64,000 nucleotides of DNA from NCBI GenBank assembly GCA_903813345.2, contig CAIIXF020000001.1, forward strand, positions 15,624,001 through 15,688,000, written 5' to 3'. Below, piece by piece: positions 11,264 through 24,600 of the stretch; the stretch's first letter is position 1, and every line of letters starts with the position of its first letter. This stretch comes from Owenia fusiformis. Its lineage: Eukaryota. A program made the position numbers and the translations under genes. Under the pieces are notes generated by a model that ran no database searches, was not told the origin of the DNA, and saw only the letters and a program-made list of their open reading frames with translations.

Positions 11264-13558
11264 ATGGAGAATAAGTTTGTTAATGATGGGAGTTTCATGG
11301 CGATGTTTAAAAAACGAATGGAACAGGAACAGATGGCAAAATCAACAACTTCAAATGGAAATCTTCCTGAAAATGAAAAAAATCAGAAGCTTGAATTGCA
11401 AGCAGACTTTAAATCAACAAAGTCACATGCAGATAGTATACACTGCCATGTAAAACAGACTCAACAAAATACTGAAGACATGAAGCCATCTATGGCATTT
11501 TATCAACAAGTACAGGATGTCCCTTCAAGAACTTCGTTACATGGATCTACTGCGACGCATAGCGATGGAAAGTGTAACGACAATGGGCACAATGAGACAG
11601 GAACTGTGTCTACATTACTTGATGAACAAGCTAAAAAGAAATATGCATATCCCATTGTAAGATTTCAATAACCTTATCCCAGAGTATCATTATACAATAT
11701 TGTTATCGATGGCATCGTATGCTTGATCAAAGATGTTCATGTGTACACTGATCATATTTTTCAAGGGGTTACATGTGTATATGCTAACTATTAAATATGT
11801 ACTGGCTACTTGGCAACTTTTCTACATGTAGTCTGGTATATGGTATATATAGCACTGTTTAGATTTTTCACATACATGTAATGAGTTTGAACTTTTCTAT
11901 GTTATATTTTAATTATGTGCCTAAACATTGAACTCGAGAACTCAATATGTAAAGTGAATATTGCAGGTTGGTAAAAGAAGAGGTAAGACACCAGCATTGA
12001 AAACTGGAGCTGTAAAGAAAATTAAAACTGGAGAGGAAAAGGTGAGTTTAAAATAATACCATAATTTTAATTTATGACATGAGTGCATGGTGTATTTCAT
12101 GTGCTCAGGACCAAAGAGCTTCTTAGAGGACAATGAAATCACTTACAGTCAGATGTTTAATTCCGTTGATAACTGTGGTCCTGATGAATAAAAGAATTAC
12201 TAGTATACACGATATTCACCACATGTGTATGAAAATGACTGTGTGAAAGGTCCTTTGGCGGCCTGGGTTACGTTGTGAAACTCTGTCAAACAGGAAAATG
12301 AAGATGATTTTTCTCAGGAAAGAAAATAAATCGAAAAAATCATTTCATTTGTCAATTTCCAATATTGCACAAATGTTTCAATTTTGTTTGTTGTTCTTCA
12401 CAACTTTTTGTTTACCATTTTAATTAGAGGGCCGGTTTTGTTTCAGTGCATCATTTCAGTGCATTTTGTTTTCATGTGATACCTACATGTCAATGTCAAA
12501 GGGAATAGGAAAGTTGAGATGTGATTTGTATTTTAAGAAAAACCTGTCTTAGTGAACACCTCTCTCCACATCCTCCGATCACAGGGCTTCAAAATCATGA
12601 ATATCTTCTTTCTTTTTACCCCCTGCTATAAGCAGTTAAACATTTCCCCGATTAAGAACTCACAATTTGATTCGCTATCGCAACACTGCGACAGCAATCA
12701 TGTATACATCATCGGCGCATAATATCCCAGATGCGAGTAGAAATAATCTTGATTTACGTCATTAAAAATTCACAATTCAGTGAAACTGATGTCATATTTG
12801 AAATCTACACGTAAAATTACATTTAGAAATGTGGTTTTGAAAAGAGTTAATCAACTTTGAAAATTTAATTTTCTTTGAAAATGTGACTTCTAGGTCGGGG
12901 AGATTCCCCATAGAGCCCATGTTGTAAAACCACAAAAAGTGAAATATCTTTTCTTGTTTTGGGCAGATACTATTTTCTTTTACTGGACATATTTTAATTT
13001 GTATAACTATCAGATACATAAAGGTAATATGAAAAGTGAACCATTCAAACTGATGCATATTCAAGTTTAAGGGAATTTTGTAATACCCTGCCATGTTAAT
13101 TCCCCCGAATCAGCCACCTGGTGGCAAAACTGGTAACCACCTACTCGCATCTGAGTAATTAGATCACATGATTCAGTTTAATCGGGCGCTTCCAATTTGG
13201 TTATAGCAGGGGGAAGAAGGAGGTGCTGATTCTGGACACCTGCCTAGGAGGATGCTCTCTCCAGTGAACACTACATATAATGTATAAATTACTCTCTGTA
13301 GGGAACACCTACCAACACTGAACATCGTTTCTTGGCAAAAAAATGTTCAATATACACAGGCTTCTGTAGTGCCACATCATGGGTTTTCTGCTCGTGTAGA
13401 ATTGCCACCATCTAATGTAATCTTTATAGAACATTGAGTGTTTGTTGCAGGTGGACAACAGTGCTGAAGGAGATGCTTGGTCCAAATACATGGCAGAAGT
13501 GAAGAAATACAGCACTGGTATATCAAATGAAGACAAAACAAGACCCTTGGTGAAATAA
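11264..13558 (+). CDS. TRIR: Telomerase RNA component interacting RNase homologue (C19orf43), about 191 aa
   Basis: Exons 11264-11656, 11967-12041, 13451-13558, all phase 0. Motifs NKFVNDGSFMAMFKKRMEQE, VGKRRG..ALKTG, GDAWSKYMAEVKKY and C-terminal DKTRPLVK*. Confidence 0.93.
12569..13254. mobile_element. Non-autonomous DNA transposon with 9-bp TSD, containing a nested MITE
   Basis: Termini CATCCTCC / GGAGGATG; TSD CTCTCTCCA (12560-12568, 13255-13263); inner inverted pair cccctgctataa / ttatagcagggg. Confidence 0.65.
12728..13153. mobile_element. MITE, with a second inverted copy at 31313-31726
   Basis: 13-bp TIR CAGATGCGAGTAG / CTACTCGCATCTG; the internal sequence aligns by eye with the reverse complement of 31313-31726. 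Confidence 0.8.
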
Positions 13559-14069
13559 AAGTTGACAGACATTACATTGGCCAGTTTTTAGATAAAATCA
13601 AATATTGTTTAAGAAAATGTAAATGCAAAAACTAAAGTACATTGCACTAGAGGATCATGAAAGGTTTGGTAAGAACTTAGGGAATCTTTCTCATTTGGAC
13701 TATTCTGATTTTAAACTTAAAGTCATGAAATGTTTTTTTGAAAGCTGAATGACTTATTAACCCTGAATCAACAACCATGCTGTTGTTGCACTTTGAGATT
13801 TCAGCTTGAGATTGGAAATCTGAAACTAGTTTTTCATATGTATACTTCAAATTTATTTTCATTCATTAGCCTATCATATATGTTCCTTGGTACAAACATA
13901 TTTTTGATGCACAAAACTGGAATTTGGAAAGTGCATTTTGAACTCATAAGTTTGATATAAAACTCTATTTTCTCTGATTTATGAATCATTAATGATTATT
14001 GATCAGAATAGGATAAACTGGAGATACAGATTCTCAAAGTCTTCGAAAATTGAAAAAATAACTGTTCCA

Positions 14070-14597
14070 GTACCACACCGGTATATCCTGACTACGGTAA
14101 AGTCAGATACTGTTGTCACAAATGGCGGACATAACCGTCGCTTCAACTGTTTAATCACTTGGTCCTCATTTCATGGGATTTTATCGTCGCTAATTCTGTG
14201 CATGCATTAAGCTCTTGTGATAATGTATCATATGAAATCCCATTTTCAATCAAATTGGGTCGTGAATCGCCACAATATAGCGTCTTCAATATAGTCAATG
14301 ACAACATAATCTGAATTTGAGTAATTTAGAAAGACAACGGCATATGGCAATTACAGTGTCCGTTGTCCCATATCTCATTTTCGGTTAAATTAAAGACTGA
14401 TTTCGATGGTAGAACTTTATTAACGTACAATGAGTATTAATACACTTTGATTGATTGTTATTCCAAAGAAAGTCTTTAGTCTAGGTGCTCTATTAAACAT
14501 ACAGTTCATGAAAATCTAATTGAAGTGACGGTTATGTCCGCCATTTGTGATAACGGTATCTGACTTTAAAGTTGTCAGGCTATTCCGGGGTGAGTAC
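14070..14597. mobile_element. MITE with ~75-bp TIRs
   Basis: aaagtcagatactgttgtcacaaatggcggacataaccgtcgcttcaa mirrors ttgaagtgacggttatgtccgccatttgtgataacggtatctgacttt. Confidence 0.75.
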
Positions 14598-14707
14598 AGG
14601 GTGAACTTGCTACATTTTTATTGAAATGGACTAGTGTTCAACTACAACAAGTATATTTGACCATCTTGCATTGTTATGTTATTTAGTACACTGAATCAAA
14701 GAACATT

Positions 14708-14936
14708 CAGGGCTCTCGCCAGGCTTTTAGACTGTGGCGCAGCACCACACTCTATTTAGCTCCCTCCACACCCTATTGGCAAATCATGACTGTTTCCACA
14801 GTCTAAACTTGACTGAATATTCAATAATAGCATGTAAAACGGAAAAAAACATAACATGAATATGATTTATCACGATTGAACGGTTATTCTGAAGATGTTA
14901 GCACCACACCCTAAATATTTCCTGGTGAGAGCCCTG
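14708..14936. mobile_element. hAT-like MITE with 5-bp TSD
   Basis: TIR CAGGGCTCTCGCCAGG / CCTGGTGAGAGCCCTG; ACATT on both sides. Confidence 0.7.
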
Positions 14937-15902
14937 ACATTACATATTTGTTTAAACATTCTTATGAAAAAAGTTCAGTTAGTTATTAGTAGATACAGAG
15001 TGTGATCAAGTCACTGTGATCAGAAATACAAAAAAAACAGTTAAAGCTGTATGCAGTTTACATGACTTACATGTACATGTATATGTTAACAACATGGGCA
15101 ATATGTTACAGGCCTTTATTTGTTTATAAGCAGTATGAACAGAATATTAACTGAATAAAGTAATCAATTAATTTTAAACAAGATTATTGAAATGTTTTTT
15201 TGTTCTTGGGAATTCAAAATATTTTTACCATGACAAAAATTTTCTGGAAGGTCTTGAAAATTATTGTGACCCATGAAATACTATACAAATATTTCATTCT
15301 ATTTTTCAGTCACATTTTTGGGTCGGGTTGGGCCAGAAAAAAGTGTGCGGGTCAGGTAATTTCAGGTCGAAACAAAAATATGAATTTAGCACTAGCAACT
15401 AAAATGACTGGACACATTATACGCCTGTTTACGCCTGCATTACTGCATATTATGCTTTGATAAAGGAAAATGATAGAAACTTAGAAAAAAACTTAAATTA
15501 TTTTCTGTTTGTAATTTATGCATATACAAGAAATAATCTAGCAAGAAGTTTGAGCATTTTATGATAATTTATAATCTTCCCGATTGTTCTGACCTGACCT
15601 GAATTGGTAAGTAGTTGTTCGTGACCCAACCCGAGATTCAGGTCGACTTCTGAGGTCGGTGTGACAACTCTACTATTGAAGTGAATACCTGTAGGTAGTA
15701 TCAAATCTAGTGAGTGACCTTTACAAAGATGTTTCAGTTTCAGAACATTCTCAGCTCATATCATTCTTTGTCATGGCCGTTTTCTAAAAATTCCCACAGT
15801 GCATACATCATTTGAATAAACTAAACTAAAGGTTACAATAATGTTATCAACATGTCGCCTCTGATATATTGTTATAATCCCCCATGAAGGCTCCAAGTCA
15901 AA

Positions 15903-16040
15903 AATGAAAGCTAGAGGTCAAATGAAGGCTCAAGGTCAAATGAAAGCTAAAGGTCAAATGAAGGCTCGAGGTCAAACGAAAGCTTAAGGTCAAATGAAGG
16001 CTCAAGGTCAAATGAAAGCTAAAGGTCAAATGAAGGTCAA
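15903..16040. repeat. Minisatellite with alternating 18/19-bp units (aaggtcaaatgaaggctc / aaggtcaaatgaaagcta)
   Basis: About seven tandem units are visible. Confidence 0.85.
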
Positions 16041-18606
16041 CATAAGCGAAATGATTATGGGAATCTTAAGTCCACAAAGCAACACATTTTTCAATTTGAA
16101 ATATTGACATTAACAAACAGAATTAATTAATGTTTCATTTATTTATTTTTTATCGTAAAATAATAGACATTTACATTTCAGATATACATTTAATTATATC
16201 CTCAATTTAATACAGATTTGTAGTACTATATCATGTATATGGAAGTTAACCCATACCTCTGCCATCAATTATGATTCCATAGTGTGTGTAGTAAGCTTGG
16301 CAATAAGGCTAACTACAAACTCTTGAATAATGTTAGACCCACAATAATCAACAATTGAACAAATAATGAGCATTTTTGGGAACCCTTTAATTTATTTAGC
16401 AATTGGGCAATAATTTATTCTTGATTTTAAATGAATATACAATGCCACTATATAACAGCATTACTATGTGTTTATGTACACAAATAAAATACCAATTATG
16501 CTAAGATGCCCTTTCTGCAGCTTTAATCCTGAATGATGATAAAACCCCTCAGAATGCCTACAATCACATTTTTGGATAAGGCAATATCCAGGTATTCCTA
16601 AATCACAAAAAGGAAAGTAGACAAGTTCATTAATATTTATTGCTGTAGTGCAGTAAAGATCAGAGAGATGAATGTATGGTTACCATGGTAGCATTATTCT
16701 TGTCTGTAGGAACGAGAACTTCACTACGTTACTATAATAGATCTACTACGCTGCATTTCTGGTGATTACTGATAATGAACATACAACTGAAATAATTAAG
16801 TAGTTAACAATAGTACATGCGTTTAGCATGACATAACTTGAAACAAACTCCCCGGAGTAGCAGATCCCACCAAACAAAACATATGTTATCAAAATCACAG
16901 ACATTTTGAACATTTCTCCTGGCAAAATCTACACCAGTACCCATTATGTGACATTCCATCCTGTGGCCATTTTTATTTTGAACTAAGAAGCCCTATTGAA
17001 TATTCTTTCTCAAGCAGATGTCCTATGGTCATCCCTAGCATTGAACCAAATTCCTCCAAAGGACATGAAGGAATAGTAGTTATTCTCTGGACAAAAGTAC
17101 AGATGGACAAGTGGTAGGATGGCTTCTGTACTATATATCATGTATATCCCTACTCGAATTTTGTTCAGTGGGATAACAGCAGCTAGTTATAGACGAAACA
17201 TAATTAATAAACAAAACATGTTCATTTAGCATGAAAACAGCAGCTGAATGATAAACATGTTCTTATAGCTCTGACGAACGGTAAAATACGTTGCAAATTC
17301 AATAGATGTATGAAACCAGAGGATTTTTTGTGTATCTATCTACATTATGCTCAATTGAGTGGGTCTTGATAATGAAATATAAATACATCCATTCATACAT
17401 CTATTTTTATTGTTTAAGTTATCTAACAAATTGAATGACAGCCTAACATCAACTTATCCATTAAGAACTTTATAACTAACAATTTAATACAGGGTGTTCC
17501 AAGATAAATGCTCCACCTGGATACTTATTTAAAAAGTTGTAGTTGCACTGATCTTCAGACATCCTGTATGTAGTACATATAACTTTTTAATGTGGCATAG
17601 TATATAATATTTTATTGCACAAGTATTCACTACTAGAGTCTATCAACACAATTCACAGTGCTCTAGCCATCTACAACGAGTTTACATCCCAAATAAAAAC
17701 TGAAATGAAAAGCAAACTGCCCTATGGAGTACTCAGTAATAAATAATACCACATAAGTCCTTACTATATTTCACAAAGAGCCCTCATTGGCCAAAGGAGT
17801 CATATTGTTTTACACATTACTTTCAATGCTGAATGCTTTAGATATGTGATAATGCATTACTAACAATTTGAAGGCTTTGACATTATCTATCTATGTTGTA
17901 CCAACTAGCCTAGGCACTTCATAATAGACCTACATTACAGTGCTATCCTATTTTGCAAGTTGAACAAGATTGGTATCCCTACTCCTCATACCTAAATCTA
18001 TGATAATCTATTCAAGTTTACAGATTTTAATCAAATTCTTCATGATTTCTATTTCATTATTTACTTAAAAACAGTGTTTCAAGGTTGAAAACTTGAAAAC
18101 ACTGGTATAGGCTACTGATATAGAGAATAAGAAAATATATTCAATTGAAATTTATTAGCTTTGAAAGCCATTGTTGAATTCACAACCTTTAAACAAAGAT
18201 AGAAGATTATATCAAATTTTTCTTCCAAGATTATCTTAGCCTATACTGATAGTTAGTATTTAGGTTAGGATTTTCATTATAGCACAAAAATCATGATCCT
18301 ACATCCCTGTTGACATCTAAATGGGATTCAACCAAATTCAAGTAGGGCCTAGGCTACAACTGTACAATTATAGCGGTTGCCCCCAGTGAGCCTATTGACA
18401 ATAAATGACTTGAGGGTATATGTCAGTCTGTATTAAATGGGGATGCCAAGACCCATTTGGGTTGAAACATTGCAGTTTTATGAAACCAGAGCATTGCTCA
18501 ACATAGTAAATTGCAAATATGGTCCATTAGACTAACAGGATGCAGAGCTGTACATGGCAGTATATACTATAGTGACTGGTATTGTTCTAGTCAGGTACTG
18601 TCTGCT

Positions 18607-21600
18607 CTATGATGAATTAGATTGAGTAGTTAGAGTAGTTTTAATATCGTCTATTATATTGGAAAGTAAACTAGAGTCTGTGCTTTTACCATCTACGCTA
18701 ATTCCTTGATTTGCCTGAAACACAACAAAATATAGAATTACGCAGGTTCATCATATCTTGCTCATAGCAGGCCAATTGTACATTATTTGGAAAACTTTTA
18801 CACTGAAAAAAAGAAAAATTCCCAGAGTGCTTCATGTTTGATTCTCAAATGTTTACTTGAAAGTTATGGGAAGGGCTGTAAAAGACCAATGCTCATATTT
18901 AAATAAAGCATTATTTGGTAAATACATGTAGTGTGAATTAGTGATTTTGAGCAATCTTGAAGATGTTGTACTATATATACATGGCGTCAGCCAGAAGGCA
19001 ATTGTAAACTCACCAATTGTTTGACTAGCAGGCAGACATGGTGGCCTTGGATGGATCTACTGTATAATGATGCACTGTGGTCTATCTGCTCAACAACTAA
19101 AAGAAAAAACAATTAATTTTTTTTATCTAATAGTCTACATTTAACATGATTCAAGTGTTTTCATACAATTTTTCAACTGCCTGGATGAAATAGCTCATTT
19201 TCCATATTCTGACTAGGAAATGTTCAAAATCATTTATCGAAGGCCTCATTTCAAAATTTCAAACAAAATGACACTTTCTACTGCTTCAATTCTGAGGAGG
19301 TCAATGACAATTCTACCACTGTTTTTTTACCTCATGTGAAAGAATAAATGATTCAATTAATCATATCACAAAAAAGTAAAATATAAAATATTCTTCAACT
19401 TTAAAAAGCATACATTTATAATGTTGAACAGTACAGACTGTAATAGTGACTCACTTGTAAAATGATTATGAAAACATAGTTTGGCGATGACATGTGAGAA
19501 TTCACTGTCTACTGCATTAAATGTGCTGGAATATTTTTCATTTAAATCTCCACTACTAAGCAGTTCTGCAAAGGCATCACTGAAAGATAAAAAAACAAAA
19601 TATTTGTGGGAGTGCAATGTAATGTAATAACAATGCAAAACATGCAAAATATCACCACCAGCCATTTGTTACAGGTGTCGAACTCTGAACGCCAACCGCT
19701 GAATGCCATCACAAAAAAAGTTGGAGACCATAATACTATGTCACCACTTGTGGTGGTGTCACATAAAAAAGTCTCCAACACATTCCTGGAAGTTTTCAAC
19801 ATTCTTTGTGAAAAAGGACATTAATGTGACAATTTTGTACAATATTTTAAAAATTCCAGCTTACATTTTGAATTTCAATTTTTTATCAATGAAACAAAAT
19901 AATCTTAATGGTGGAATGAATACCTGACATACTGTTACATTCACTTTGGTCAGAGCAGTCTGCTCAGTAGATAAGGAATTATGTGATCGATTGATTTTGA
20001 TCATTTAAAATCCAGCATGAGAGTAGCTTTCACCTACCTATTACAGGGAGTTGCCAGGAGATATGAGCTACACGGTAGGGGAAGTTTGAAATCTAACTTC
20101 TCATGTGTCGATCCCTCTTCAGTCTGAAATAGAACAGTGAGAATAATTATAACCTAATGGAGTAATGCCTCTTCAATGGTACAGGGTACAGATTTCTGGT
20201 GTATGTGGACATTACACCGAATACAAGAAGCAGTTTTAGCAGATTAAAAATATTCAATCAAATGAAGTTACACAAAATATTGAAAATATGCATATATGTT
20301 GTATAATGTATACTCTCATAATGTGAATAAATCTGGCTTACCTTGACCATGTATGTGAGTGTACCCTTGAGTCTCTGTGGCATAGTAATGCTCTGCACAG
20401 TGAAGGCAAACTGACCCTCATTTTGTGAAGATGGAAGAAGTATAAATGGGACCTTGACTGGATCATGTGAACTTGCACCCACCTGGAAAATTAAGATTTT
20501 ACAATACAAAAATTTTACAATACGCATTTAACATGTGTACCTGACCCTCAATTGAACTTAGTCGTAATTTTGTTAGTTGTAGATGAGAATTTAAATAACA
20601 ATGCTCTATTTTACATGAATCAAGAAGTTTATAAGTTACTTGGCCAGACTGTTCATCATTTTGTTTATCTGCAAGTGCAACTGACAATGGATGGCACTTG
20701 CTATAAATAATAAAAAATCAGCTGAAGTCATAATAGACTATGATTAAGTTAGTCGAATTAGGACCTAACGCCTCTTGCTAGATGCACATTATAACCATAA
20801 GTTACTCACCCCCCTGACCAGTTTAGTGTTCATGGAGTCTAATACATTGAACTCCAGTTCTTTGATGTGATTGCAACTGAGGTTTGAAAGAATCACTGAG
20901 ACCACAACTTGGTTGGATTGTGCTTGGCTAACTCGCGTCTCATATGTCTGAAATACAAGAAATAAACATGTCACTGAGATGAATTAATTGTAAAAAGGAA
21001 CTGGGGGTTTATTAGACTCCTAAAGCTGTAGAGAATGAATAGCCTAGATGTTGTGTTTTAACTATGTCTGCCCCCCCCCCCCCACACCCATTTCTGTATT
21101 ACTTCTGGAGGTCATATTTTCATACAGGTAGTAGAAATTGGAATAAGTACATGAGTTCACAAATCAAGACGGGAGACTTTGATTTAACTTACCAGTTGAA
21201 CTGCATCATTCTTGCTAAGTAATTTGTAGTTTGTCATAGGCTGCAAATACAAGATTGAATTTTGTTTAACACATACAAAAGCATTCATATTCAACAACAT
21301 ATTCACGTTTTATGCTATGCTGAATCAAAACCAATTGGTTATCTAAAACATGATCAAATCATATTATAAGGGCTGATGTGAAAAAGTCATTCCACATCAT
21401 TGCTTTAAAATTCAGATCTCAAAAAAAAGTGACGGAAAATAGTCTGGAAATTGAGCAAAATGGTACCACTAGAAAGTTTGCATGCTTCATAGAATGTGAA
21501 GATCTAAATAGTACTGGGTCGATCTAGACTTACTGGAAGTGCTTGTTCTGGTTGTGGGGATGCTGCATTGGCATGTTCCTTAGATGGTGTAGTGATCCCT

Positions 21601-24600
21601 TCTGCTATCTCATAGTCACTCCTGTTCTTCTTTCGTTTCTTCTCCTTTTTGTGCTTTTTCTCCTTCTTCTTTTTACTTTTCTACAAGAAACAATGTGATG
21701 CTCTACATGTGTAGCAATAACTATAAGTGCTCACACCTGAAGATAAAGGTTAACAATGTAACAAAATCACAGACAACAGAACTCATCACTTTCATTTAAG
21801 GTTGTGAACTCCAGCTCAACCCAAATTGATTCCAGGCCCAAACTTGACCAGAATTGGAATTTTTTCGACCCATCTCACCTCTACTTAATTGGTAAAATAA
21901 ATTTCAGAAAAAAAGATTTGCAGACCAAATTCAGTAATTTAATAACAGGTTAATAATTATCAGAAGTTTCTTTATTCGATACTCCTTTTCATCATGTAAT
22001 TGAAATTATATTGTATGAATCTTTTGACAAATCTTGCTGTATTATTCTGTATACACGACTCAATACATCTTTATGATAGGACAAACCTCTTCTGGCTGTT
22101 CAGTATCAGCATCTGATCCATGCGTATTATTAACTGGTTCTTTAATGATTGGGATATCCTTTACTGGACTTTCAGCATCCTTCCCTGACAACCAGAAGTC
22201 TAGGTCATCCTCCTGAAAGAACATTTTATTCAGTATTGCTTCACTGTCATTTAATATACCTATTCCTCCTGAAATAATATTTTATTCATTGTTTTCTTCA
22301 CTGCCATTTAATATAGTATTCTCAACTGTTCACCAGTAGCCTGAGAACCTTGCTATCAAGTCTGATTACCTCACTTTAAAATGTGATTATTTCCTAATAC
22401 CCTTTTCAAAATCCTAACTTCAGGCTCATAATAAAGATCTTCGATAGTACTATGTATGATTAGATGATATAATAAAAAGATTAAAGCCCTTGATAGATGT
22501 AATTGTTTTGGTTAGATTTGATAACAAAATCTAGTTACCTTTTTACTGCCATTTATATCCCCATTGACTTGAGGTACTTCTGGTGTAATGCCATTGGTTT
22601 CTATGTGAGGCTCCCCTGGGGTTTCCTCAACTGCAGACACTAGCAGGCTGGGACTTTCTTCTGGTTCTTCACTGTCAATGCGCTTTTTCTTTTTCTCTTT
22701 GCTCTGGTATTCATAAATAATATGATTAAAGAATTATAGTCTTGCTCAAAGACTGTATCCACCCCCCCTCTGTCACCTTAAGGATAAAGGGGTCTTAAAC
22801 AGGGTCTTTTAAGCAAGACTAAAAGAATTATATTGGTTCAGATATTGTTCATCTTGATTTATTGGAGGCCTACAATTTATCAGGTATATCTTTGATTGTC
22901 CAATTTTAGGGAAATATAAAGAGGTACATCTGAAGAGCAGCATACTTGATCAATGGGCAGAAATTTTATGGTAAATATGTTTTTCAAGTAAACAAAACAC
23001 TGTATTCTCACCTTCTCTTTCTTTTCTTTTTTCTTCTTTTCTTTTTTATGTTTCTTTTTAGGTTTATCTTCAAGTGTAGCTTCATCTTCCCTTGGTTCCA
23101 GACCAACTACCCGATGCTGTCTCACTGGCAACCTTTCATCATCTCGCAATGGCCTGAATAAGTGAAATAATTTTCTCAATTGAAAAAGATAACAGTAGAA
23201 GTACCTTTAAAGTATCAAATTTATCTTAATTGCCTTGTTACTTATTTTCTCCACAAGATCTTTTAAATCACTGATTTGAATTTGAAAATTGTAGTATCAA
23301 ACTGATCGTTTAATCTTTGTCATTCTGAAGTCTACTTACTCATCAAGGTTCATATCTAACATGGCATATTGATCATTTCCTCTGTCAGTCTTGTCTTCTT
23401 TATCAGAGTCACCACCCTCTGGTTCATCTAGTACTGCACTAACATGGTGGACCACTGGGATATCATCTTCCTCCTCAGACTCTACAACCTAAACAATGCA
23501 TTTTGGGATATCATCTACCTCCTTTGACTTTACAAGCTAAACAATGAATTCTGGGATATCATCTACCACGTCTGACTTTACATTTGGGTGATTGGTGCAA
23601 TAACGGTCTTGAATAATCATGTTGGCTCCAGTGTCAATAGTCACAACTTGCTAATGACTGTTTCAAGGTGTTTTAGTTGTAACAATGAGAAAAATACAAA
23701 ATTTCACCTAGTGTTATGTTGAATAATGATAAATGGAGCTCTTTGTTTAAAGATAATATCAACAATATGACCTCATATAAACCTTTTGGTTAAAGCATTT
23801 ATTTTGGAAGGAGATTCATGAACCTTTCTTCATTATTTATAAGAAACGAAGACATCAAAATTCTGACTCGGTTTTTCATAATAAAGTTGAGATAAGTTTT
23901 CTTTGCTACTTGCAAGCACTATAAAATGCACAAAAATTTGTTTATTTACATGGCCCTTCTTGCTCCTTTTCTTCTTTTTCTTCTTGTCTTTCTTCTTCCT
24001 ACTTGCTGCATTCATTTGTTCACGTTGCATCTTTATGTACTTGTCAGAAGATGGCAGACCTACAACAATCAGAAAGTGAACACAAACCTTTACAGTAACT
24101 AATTGATTGAATTTACATCTTCAATTTTTTGGAATTCAATGGAATATTATATTTCTATCTCAACTTTAATTTCTTTACATGATAATAATTTAGTTCTAGA
24201 TATGGATGAGAATAATTTTGAAACAAAATTCAAAAAATTCTAGGCCACCCCCTCCTGCAAGGGTTGTTCCTATGGGGCAATTTTTGGGCATAGTTACTTT
24301 ATTTAAAGAGTATTCTGTGATAATTTAGGGAATTTTCAAGATCTGTTTCACAAGCAGCGATTACTTTACACTATTTATCCTGCTATTTAACATGTTTAAC
24401 TGAGAGGATGCCAAATAACAATTTTTTTATTATTTATTAAAATAGTTTATTATAGTGTCACTGGTTTACATTTGGTACAAATAAATACATATTCTAAAAA
24501 CCACCAGCCGATGTCGGCTTATGAGACACTGGACTTTAAAGGTCAATAATAACAGTGTATAGATATGACATTCAACAATAAAACTACAATTCATCTACGT

